From positions 57,378 to 121,377 of the forward strand of contig JAZKZH010000007.1 in the NCBI GenBank assembly GCA_045612545.1: DNA of 64,000 nucleotides. The letters are read 5' to 3'. The notes under the pieces are model-generated. The model saw only the letters and a program-made list of their open reading frames with translations, had not been told where the DNA came from and did no database searches. Positions 20,802-28,218 of the stretch are shown here, piece after piece. The DNA is from Eubacteriales bacterium. Its GTDB lineage: Bacteria > Bacillota > Clostridia > Oscillospirales > CAG-382. Position numbers and translations under genes: made by a program. Numbering within the stretch: position 1 is the stretch's first letter; each line of letters begins with the position of its first letter.

Positions 20802-21905
20802 ATGTTCCGCATCATTTTTGGATTGGTATTCCTTTTGGGGATCGCGGGGATCTTCTATTTAGGCAACCGCCTTTGCAAATATCCCCCTTTTCGGGGCAGA
20901 AAGCTGCCCATTCGGTTGCTTGCCTACCCGGTGCTTCCTTTGCTTTGCTATTTAGCCGTGAAGCTGTTGGGGATCTCCAACTTCAATATCATCGTATTAC
21001 TTCTGCACTTGGTGATCTTTTGGCTGTTTTGCGACCTTGGCTTTTGGTTGGCAGAAAAGATCAGAAAAAAGAAGCCCCGCCGTTACTACGCGGGGGTCAC
21101 CGCCATTCTGTTGACGGTGGTGTATTTGGGGCTTGGATGGTTTTTTGCCCACCACGTGTTCGTCACGGAATATGATCTCACCACGGAAAAAGACACCCCT
21201 CCCCTCACCATCGTGCAGATCACGGACGCCCACATCGGCGTCACCTTGGACGGGGAGTCCTTTGCCCGCGAGATGGAAAAAGTGCAATCCCAACACCCCG
21301 ATGTCGTGGTGATCACCGGAGATTTTGTGGACGATGATTCTTCAAAAGAGGATATGCTCGCCGCCTGCGAGGCCTTGGGGGAGCTAAAAACTCCCTACGG
21401 CGTGTTTTTCGTCTACGGCAACCACGACAAGGGCTACTTCCGCGACGGCACCTTCACGGGGGAAGAGCTGCGGGAGGCTTTGACGGCCAACGGCGTGAAG
21501 ATCTTGGAGGATGAAGCCGTACTGCTGGCCAACTCCACCCAAGGCAACGTGTGCTACCTGGTGGGCAGAAAGGACGCTTCCGTAAGAGACCGCCTCTCTA
21601 TGGAAGAGCTGATGGCGGATCTTGACCCATCCGTCTACACCGTGGTGTTGGATCACCAGCCCACGGATTTTGACGCCGAGGCGCAGGCAAAGGTTGACCT
21701 GGTGCTGTGCGGACATACCCACGGCGGACACCTCTTCCCCACGGGACTTGTGGGCGTGTGGTTCGGGGGCAACGACCTCTGCTACGGCAAAGAGGTGCGG
21801 GAAGGCTCCACCTTTATCGTGTCCTCCGGCATCTCCGGCTGGGCAATGCCCTTTAAGACCGGGTGTATCTCCGAGATCGTGACTGTTCGCGTGGCGGAGG
21901 GATAA
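20802..21905 (+). CDS. membrane-bound metallophosphoesterase (calcineurin-like)
   Basis: N-terminal TM helices are followed by QITDAHIG, ITGDFVDD, GNHD and CGHTHGG phosphoesterase motifs. Confidence 0.85.
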   Translation: MFRIIFGLVFLLGIAGIFYLGNRLCKYPPFRGRKLPIRLLAYPVLPLLCYLAVKLLGISNFNIIVLLLHLVIFWLFCDLGFWLAEKIRKKKPRRYYAGVTAILLTVVYLGLGWFFAHHVFVTEYDLTTEKDTPPLTIVQITDAHIGVTLDGESFAREMEKVQSQHPDVVVITGDFVDDDSSKEDMLAACEALGELKTPYGVFFVYGNHDKGYFRDGTFTGEELREALTANGVKILEDEAVLLANSTQGNVCYLVGRKDASVRDRLSMEELMADLDPSVYTVVLDHQPTDFDAEAQAKVDLVLCGHTHGGHLFPTGLVGVWFGGNDLCYGKEVREGSTFIVSSGISGWAMPFKTGCISEIVTVRVAEG

Positions 21906-22090
21906 AAAAGCGAATGATTTTTACCACCGTTGGCATTTCGACGAGGCAAAAAGCCTCCCCTTAGTATAGGGGAAGAAGGGATTGTCCCACAGGTAAAACT
22001 TGCTTCCCGCTCTTTCACAAAAAGTATCTTTCAGAACGGTCAACCCCCTCAGTCGCGGTGCAAGCACCTTGACAGCTCCCGCCTTCCAGG

Positions 22091-22182
22091 GGGAGCCTTT
22101 CTCCGGCATCTCCGGCTGGGCAATGCCCTTTAAGACCGGCTGTATCTCCGAGATCGCGGTGATTCGCGTAGCGGGAGAATAA
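22091..22182 (+). pseudogene. detached second copy of the metallophosphoesterase 3' end
   Basis: It has 39-nt and 16-nt perfect blocks shared with 21828-21883, followed by a diverged tail and its own TAA. It encodes SGISGWAMPFKTGCISEIAVIRVAGE. Confidence 0.75.
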
Positions 22183-22191
22183 AGATGGAAT

Positions 22192-22363
22192 GGGACGCCG
22201 TGGACGTCGTCCCCTACAAACCCGCACATAGCTTGGTGAACAAAGATATACGCAATAAGATGGGCAAAAAACGATTTCCTACCGTTTTTATTGCGAGAGG
22301 TAATTCCATGTTTTCCCTCCTTCCCGATTCGGGCTCGTAGGGGACGACGTCCTTCGGCGTCCC
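22192..22363. repeat. REP doublet 1 (two GTAG-headed palindromic units, heads facing inward)
   Basis: 22192-22224 reads GGGACGCCGTGGACGTCGTCCCCTACAAACCCG (reverse orientation). 22330-22363 reads CGGGCTCGTAGGGGACGACGTCCTTCGGCGTCCC. Confidence 0.75.
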
Positions 22364-22460
22364 GCTTGCGTTTTGCTGCGAAACGGCTTTACACTATCTT
22401 TGATGCGTGAACTTTGTTTCAGTACCGAGAAACACACCGGCACTCGCTAAGGGGAGTCTT

Positions 22461-22513
22461 TCTCCGGGTGTATCTCCGAGATCGTGGTGATTCGCGTGGC
22501 GGGAGAAAAATAA
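22461..22513 (+). pseudogene. detached third, shorter copy of the metallophosphoesterase 3' end
   Basis: TCTCCGGGTGTATCTCCGAGATCGTGGTGATTCGCGTGGCGGGAGAAAAATAA encodes GCISEIVVIRVAGEK. Confidence 0.7.
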
Positions 22514-22572
22514 ACGCTCATAAATACCACAGCTCCCCTTGCTTAGGGGAGCCTTTGTTTTCTTGCTTTGGC

Positions 22573-22734
22573 GGGGCGCCGTGGGCGTCGCCCCCTACAG
22601 ACCCGAAACAAGATCGCGTTGAAAGATGACCTCCCCCCTCCCGCGCCAACGGCTTTTCACCCAACGCATTGCGTGCGTCTTTGTTTGCGCCGCCCCGGTT
22701 GCGGTTTCGTAGGGGATGACGCCCTCGGCATCCC
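22573..22734. repeat. REP doublet 2
   Basis: 22573-22605 reads GGGGCGCCGTGGGCGTCGCCCCCTACAGACCCG (reverse orientation). 22701-22734 reads GCGGTTTCGTAGGGGATGACGCCCTCGGCATCCC. Confidence 0.75.
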
Positions 22735-22793
22735 GTCGCATCCCCAAAAACAAAAAGGCTAAGCTATCAAAGCTCAGCCTTTTTTCGTTGTGA

Positions 22794-24215
22794 TCAAGAA
22801 GCGTTGCCCCAGTAGAACTCCCACAGGGTCACAATTCCGGTTTCGGAATCATACAGGAAGCAATCGAAGGAACACCGCCACTCCTCCGTGGGCAAGCAGT
22901 TGTATTCTTCTGTATGCCAATTGTACAGCAGGATGTAATCATACCCGCCCTCAAAAGGCAGGATAGCTTTTACCTCCTCCGGCAGATCCGGAAGCCAGTT
23001 TGCTTCCTCCGTCAAGCCTGCCTCAAAGGCTCCTCTCTCATCGGCGGAAATCACCGCAATGCAGACAGCGGTAATTTCGTAGGAGTCGTCCTCCAAAATG
23101 GCCTCCTCATAGAAGGTGGTGGTCATAAAATCCGTTTCCGGCAAGATCACTCCTGCATACTCCGCCAAAGAAAACGTTACCTGAGCATATTCTTCGTCGG
23201 TGTAATCCAGGTCGAATTCTGTATTTGCGATGGAGAACAAAAGCAATCCGCAAAGGATTCCCACCACGATGTTTTTCGTGGCTTTTTTCTTCTTGCTCCG
23301 CAGATATATACCCACCGCAAGGGAAGCAAGGGGCAGGATCATCATCAAGTAATATACCCAATAATAATCAAACAAAAGGAACGCGTCCCCCCCGGCCAAA
23401 AGACCCACGCCCGCCGCCGCAATGACGCCCAAAAAAGGCGATAAGAGGCACAGATAAACCAAGCCGATGGAGATCCACCGCCAAAGTCCTTTGGTGACAG
23501 ACAGCTTATTCTTTGGCAAATTGCTCTTCAAAAGAAGCTCCAGGCGGGAATCCGGCTCTAACGCTCCCTTTTGGAACAGACTTACGGGGAACAGATACAG
23601 CGTGCTTCCGTGATACAGATGGTAGAAGAAGTTATCCACCGACACGGTATTGATCTGATCGTAGGGAATGCAATGAACGATGGGCGTTCCCTCGTCGCCG
23701 TTGGTGGCAAACACCAGCTCGCCGTCATACAAGGAGACTTCCACCGTCTTCCCGGGGAAGCTCTTCATGGCGTAATTGCGTTCCTTGCGGTTGTTCCACC
23801 ACAGAAATACCATGATTCCCGTTGCCGCCGTGCAAAGTCCTGCGTAAAACGCGGCCTCCACCCAAAAGCCGGCAACCGTCACCACCGCAAAAAGAACGAT
23901 CATCGATATAAAAACAGAACTCTGCCCTTTGTACATCTTCTTCAAGAGCTCTTCTTCGTAGGTAAAGGTATGCTTTTCCAACGCCTTCGGTTCTTTTTCC
24001 TCCAAAGCTTGGGGCTCCTCTTCCTTCCCCAAAAGCTCGTCCACGGAGATGCCGAAGATGTCCTTCAACAAAAGCAGGTTATCCACCGTGGGCAGGGTCT
24101 GATCCTTCTCCCAAAGGCTCACCGTCTGGCGGCTCACCAAAAGCCGTTGCCCAAGCTCCTCTTGGGAAAGCCCGTTTTTCTTACGGTGCTCTTGAATACG
24201 TTGACCAACCGTCAT
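22794..24215 (-). CDS. XRE-family HTH regulator fused to a multi-pass membrane / YcxB-like sensor region (paralog 1)
   Basis: The start at MTVGQRIQEHRKKNGLSQEELG is preceded by GGAGG 8 nt upstream. A classic Cro/C1 HTH is followed by TM helices and a YHLYHG..LYLFP..F block shared with the 24491 and 26038 genes. Confidence 0.8.
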   Translation of the reverse strand: MTVGQRIQEHRKKNGLSQEELGQRLLVSRQTVSLWEKDQTLPTVDNLLLLKDIFGISVDELLGKEEEPQALEEKEPKALEKHTFTYEEELLKKMYKGQSSVFISMIVLFAVVTVAGFWVEAAFYAGLCTAATGIMVFLWWNNRKERNYAMKSFPGKTVEVSLYDGELVFATNGDEGTPIVHCIPYDQINTVSVDNFFYHLYHGSTLYLFPVSLFQKGALEPDSRLELLLKSNLPKNKLSVTKGLWRWISIGLVYLCLLSPFLGVIAAAGVGLLAGGDAFLLFDYYWVYYLMMILPLASLAVGIYLRSKKKKATKNIVVGILCGLLLFSIANTEFDLDYTDEEYAQVTFSLAEYAGVILPETDFMTTTFYEEAILEDDSYEITAVCIAVISADERGAFEAGLTEEANWLPDLPEEVKAILPFEGGYDYILLYNWHTEEYNCLPTEEWRCSFDCFLYDSETGIVTLWEFYWGNAS

Positions 24216-24306
24216 GCTATCGCCTCCATTTCTTTGCACTCAGTATACACCAAACCCAAGAAAAAAGCAAGCACCAATGGCTTGCTTTTGTCAAGTTGCG
24301 CTTGCA
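24027..24306. repeat. about 280-bp direct repeat, copy 1 (HTH-coding 5' end plus promoter/terminator region)
   Basis: Near-identical to 25709-25988. There are a few substitutions in the coding part and one short variable patch in the 5' UTR. Confidence 0.85.
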
Positions 24307-24490
24307 TTTTGTTGTTACGACACAAAACAGCGCGGCATTTGTGGCATGGAAAGAATTTCGCTTGGCCACGTCTGTTCTCCCTTCCCGCCCATGGCCGTAA
24401 GGACTCATACGCCCCTTTGCGCGAGCAAACGTTTTTCCCATGGCGGGTCGTCGTACTGCAAAAACGCCGCCGGATCGGCGACGTTTTTCG

Positions 24491-25897
24491 TTATTCCCCC
24501 TCGTTCGCCGTATATTCGATGGCGTACTCATCCAGAACGCCTATACCCGCTTTATACGCCACCCGCAGGAATTGATACGTTCCGCTCTCTGCGGGAAGCT
24601 TGTTAAACTCCCCTGTGGTTATGTTGTAAATGGAAAGATAATCGAACTCCATGGTCCCCACGGAAATAGGGATCAGCTCGGCAGGAAGCTCCTTCATCCA
24701 AGCGGGATCATCTGCGATACCCAACTCAAAGTCTATACTTTCCTTCGTCTTAAATTGCGCGCGCCGGGTGGAAAAATGGGCAACCCCATCCACAAAGCCG
24801 CCGCCCTCGTAGGTTTGAACGATGGACAACACGGGAGGAAGCTCCACTCCAAGGTTTACGATCTCCTCCTCTGCCGTCTTTTGCAGCTTTTCATGCCACT
24901 CGATGGTGCCGGGCATATATACCCCAAACCGCAAAGCGACGGACAGCACGATCACGCCTACGATCAGGTTGTGCAGCCCCTTTTTGTTCTTGAAAAGCAG
25001 GAAGAGTCCCGCCGCAACACATCCCACGGGGATGGCCATCGCAGGGATCATAGTCCAGATAAGCGCGGCGCGGGGATCCTCTGCCATCAAAATGAAGTCA
25101 CTGGCAGGAATGAGCAAAAAATATTCCAAATACGCCAGCACGCAAAGGCTCAAGGAAATAACCCGGGGGAGCCCCTTCGCTTTTTTCCGCCTGCTTTGCT
25201 CCTCCTGTCTTTTCAACAAGACCTCCAAACGGGACTCGGGGTCGTATTCTCCTTTTTCAAGCAAGGCGTGGGGGATCAGATACTCCTTCCCTTGATGATA
25301 CATCATATAGTAGGTCAGATCTTTATGTACCTTTTCGATCTCGCCATAAGGAACACGGGCTTCCCACTGTATCTTCCCATCCCGCGAAAAGGTTGCCAGC
25401 AGTTCCCCTTCGTAAAGGAGCAGCTCCAAGCTGCCGCCCGGCAAGGAATGCAGATATCTTCTTCTGCGTCTCAAAACAAAAGCAAGATCAACGAACAGCG
25501 CACAGCTCACAAGGAGAACGAAGGAGCCGTAAAGGCGATCCAAGAAGGCGTAGCCGTCCCACAGAATGGAGATCCCCCAAAAAGCAAGAAGCGCACCCAG
25601 AATCACCCGAACCCAAATATACCGGTGAAACAGCTTGGCGAGAGGATCCCGTTCGTAAGGGATCTCCCATTTCTCCAACGGCGGGTTTTCTTCGCCCTTC
25701 TTCTCCACCCCCAAAAGCTCGTCCACGGAGATGCCGAAGATGTCCTTCAACAAAAGCAGGTTATCCACTGTGGGCAGGGTCTGATCCTTCTCCCAAAGGC
25801 TGATGGTCTGGCGGCTCACCAAAAGCCGTTGCCCAAGCTCCTCTTGGGAAAGCCCGTTTTTCTTACGGTGCTCTTGAATACGTTGACCAACCGTCAT
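24491..25897 (-). CDS. XRE-family HTH regulator fused to a multi-pass membrane / YcxB-like sensor region (paralog 2)
   Basis: The first ~70 aa are identical to the 22794 gene except for one V/I change. The downstream regions are diverged. A terminator hairpin at about 24457-24485 follows the stop codon. Confidence 0.8.
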   Translation of the reverse strand: MTVGQRIQEHRKKNGLSQEELGQRLLVSRQTISLWEKDQTLPTVDNLLLLKDIFGISVDELLGVEKKGEENPPLEKWEIPYERDPLAKLFHRYIWVRVILGALLAFWGISILWDGYAFLDRLYGSFVLLVSCALFVDLAFVLRRRRRYLHSLPGGSLELLLYEGELLATFSRDGKIQWEARVPYGEIEKVHKDLTYYMMYHQGKEYLIPHALLEKGEYDPESRLEVLLKRQEEQSRRKKAKGLPRVISLSLCVLAYLEYFLLIPASDFILMAEDPRAALIWTMIPAMAIPVGCVAAGLFLLFKNKKGLHNLIVGVIVLSVALRFGVYMPGTIEWHEKLQKTAEEEIVNLGVELPPVLSIVQTYEGGGFVDGVAHFSTRRAQFKTKESIDFELGIADDPAWMKELPAELIPISVGTMEFDYLSIYNITTGEFNKLPAESGTYQFLRVAYKAGIGVLDEYAIEYTANEGE

Positions 25898-25988
25898 GCT
25901 ATCGCCTCCATTTCTTTGCACTCAGTATACATCATCCCAAAGGAAAAAGCAAGCACCAATGGCTTGCTTTTGTCAAGTTATACTTGCA
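25709..25988. repeat. about 280-bp direct repeat, copy 2
   Basis: See 24027-24306. It includes the hairpin AAGCAAGC ACCAATG GCTTGCTT. Confidence 0.85.
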
Positions 25989-26037
25989 CTGTCAATTTAA
26001 TGCCCAAAGTCAACGCTAAGCGCCCAATAACGCAATG

Positions 26038-26556
26038 TCATCTCTTTGCGGAAGGCTTTCTTTTTCCCTTTGCGGCGTGTTGCTCCAAAAGAGTCTCCAG
26101 CCGTGACCGGGGATCGTTTTCTCCCTTTTGAAATGCGGTCAGCGGGATGAGATAGGTTTTCCCGCCGTAATACAGATGGTAATAGGAGCTGTCCTTCTTT
26201 ATCTTTTCCATCCCGTCAAGGGGGATGTGCCGTTCCCACTTAGGTATACCGCGGCAAACCGAGCGAAGAACCAGCCGATCCTCATACAAAGACGCCGTTA
26301 CCGTGGTATCCGGGTAATCCTTCAGCATTCGCTTCCGCAAAGAAATCAACCGCAAAAGGATACGCCCTGCGGAATACGCCGCCGACAGCAAAATGCCGCA
26401 CAAAACACCCGCAAAAAGAGTACCCACTGCCAAGCAGAGGGCGACAGCCGCCCCCAAAAGCGCCGCCAAGCAACCTGCAAGCAGACCCATCTGCCCGGCA
26501 AAATACCTCTGCAAAGGCGCTTTTTCATATGTGATGGTATGCACTTCCATCTCCAT
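26038..26556 (-). CDS. YcxB-like membrane protein (stand-alone paralog of the sensor core)
   Basis: I prefer the start at MEMEVH (AGGAGG 8 nt upstream) over the GTG at 26562. It has two TM helices followed by SYYHLYYGGKTYLIPLTAFQKGENDPRSRLETLL, homologous to both HTH fusion proteins. Confidence 0.7.
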   Translation of the reverse strand: MEMEVHTITYEKAPLQRYFAGQMGLLAGCLAALLGAAVALCLAVGTLFAGVLCGILLSAAYSAGRILLRLISLRKRMLKDYPDTTVTASLYEDRLVLRSVCRGIPKWERHIPLDGMEKIKKDSSYYHLYYGGKTYLIPLTAFQKGENDPRSRLETLLEQHAAKGKRKPSAKR

Positions 26557-26586
26557 GGTCACTGCCTCCTTTCCTCGGGGAGGAAA

Positions 26587-27963
26587 TCAAGCTTTTGCAT
26601 TCCGCATCATCCGCTTCTTCAGCACCAAGAAGCCGATCAGCAATGCGGCAAAGGTAAGCACCCAAGAGATGGGGTAGGAAACATAGAGCCATTCCAGCGT
26701 ATGGAATCGATCCACGCGGAAGATGGTGTAGATCCAGCCCAAGCGCAATCCGCAAACACCCAGCACCGTCACCGCCATGGGAACCAGAGAGGAGCCCATG
26801 CCACGCAGCATACCGGACATCACGTCCATGAGACCGCAAATAAAGTAGATCACGCAGACGAAGCTCATACGGGTCACGCCGTAGGCGATGGCCTCGGGAC
26901 TGCCGGTGATGTAAATAGAAAGCAGATTTTCCGCAAACAGATAACATCCGCCGCCCAAAACCAAGCCTACACACCCCACGGAAAGCAGGCAGACCCGCAG
27001 GATCTTGCCGTAATTTTCATATTTCCGCGCCCCGGTGTTTTGCCCCATAAAGTTCATGGCAGTCTGGTGGAAGGCGTTCATGGCCACGTAAACGAAGCCC
27101 TCGATATTCCCCGCCGCAGTATTCCCCGCCAAAGCGATCTTGCCAAAGCTGTTGATAGAGGATTGGATCATGACGTTGGAGATGGAGAACAAGGAGCCTT
27201 GAATCCCCGCAGGCAACCCAATACGGGCGATCTTCCATAGGTCATAGGGATAGATCTTCAGCTTCCGCCATTCCAAACGGCAGGCGTCCTCCCTGCGGGT
27301 GAGCTTGATCAGCACCAGCACGCAGGCCAGAAGCTGGGAGGAAATGGTGGCCAAAGCGACTCCCGCCACGCTCATGTGGAACACGATGACGAACAACAGA
27401 TTCAAAAGCACGTTCACCACTCCCGCCAAGGAGAGGTAGATCAAAGGGCTTTTGGTATCCCCCGCCGCGCGGAGGATGGAAGCGCCGAAGTTGTAAAGCA
27501 AGTTTGGAACCATGCCCGCGAAATAGATCCGCATATACAAGGCGGAAAGATCGATGATCTCATCGGGGGTGTCCATCCAGTCCAAAAAGGTGGGAGAAAA
27601 AGCGATCCCCACGAAGGTCAGGAATACGCCGCCAAACAGTGCCGCAGGAATGGCGGTATGCACCGTACGGTGGACGATGCCCTCATCCTTCGCCCCGATT
27701 CCCTGGGCAACCATAACCCCCGCGCCCACGGAAAGCCCCATGAACAGATTGACGATCAGGTTGATCAAAGCCCCGGTGGCACCTACGGCGCCCAAGGCCT
27801 CTTCCCCTGCGTACCGCCCTACCACCACCAAGTCGGCGGCGTTGAACAGCAACTGCAAAAGACCCGTCGCTATGATGGGCAGGGTATAGAGCAATATCTT
27901 CTTAAAAAACGGCCCGGTGCAAAGATCCATCGATCGGTTTTTTGTGGCAGATTGCGCTCCCAT
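26587..27963 (-). CDS. MATE family efflux transporter
   Basis: 458 aa with 12 TM-like segments. The N-terminus NRSMDLCTGPFFKKILLYTLPIIATGLLQLLFNAAD is typical of MATE/NorM transporters. Confidence 0.88.
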   Translation of the reverse strand: MGAQSATKNRSMDLCTGPFFKKILLYTLPIIATGLLQLLFNAADLVVVGRYAGEEALGAVGATGALINLIVNLFMGLSVGAGVMVAQGIGAKDEGIVHRTVHTAIPAALFGGVFLTFVGIAFSPTFLDWMDTPDEIIDLSALYMRIYFAGMVPNLLYNFGASILRAAGDTKSPLIYLSLAGVVNVLLNLLFVIVFHMSVAGVALATISSQLLACVLVLIKLTRREDACRLEWRKLKIYPYDLWKIARIGLPAGIQGSLFSISNVMIQSSINSFGKIALAGNTAAGNIEGFVYVAMNAFHQTAMNFMGQNTGARKYENYGKILRVCLLSVGCVGLVLGGGCYLFAENLLSIYITGSPEAIAYGVTRMSFVCVIYFICGLMDVMSGMLRGMGSSLVPMAVTVLGVCGLRLGWIYTIFRVDRFHTLEWLYVSYPISWVLTFAALLIGFLVLKKRMMRNAKA

Positions 27964-28149
27964 AAGGCATTTTCTCCATCAGAATTGATTCCGCTTTTAC
28001 TGTACTCCTTTTTGGAAGAAAATGCAACCCCGTTTGATGAAAAATGCGTGTAGAATTGCAATTTCTTTTTGTACCAAAAATTGACGCCGAAAAACGGATG
28101 CATTTCTACCTGCGCATCCGAAAAATATAAAAAAATCCCGTTTTCCCTC

Positions 28150-28178
28150 TTGAAAAATAACAAAAGGAGTGCTATAAT
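28150..28178 (+). promoter_or_regulatory. sigma-A promoter for the R-M operon (TTGAAA-17-TATAAT)
   Basis: TTGAAA at 28150-28155, a spacer ending TGc, and TATAAT at 28173-28178. Confidence 0.55.
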
Positions 28179-28218
28179 GTCCAATATCGACGAAATTTAG
28201 TTGCCTAAGGAGCCATCT

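Noticed and set aside
24440-27240. Long plus-strand ORFs 24440-26131 (563 aa) and 26128-27240 (370 aa)
   Set aside because: They are antisense to the HTH-sensor, YcxB-like and MATE genes, which have recognisable domains and RBSs. Their products are Gly/Arg/His/Gln-rich with no motifs.
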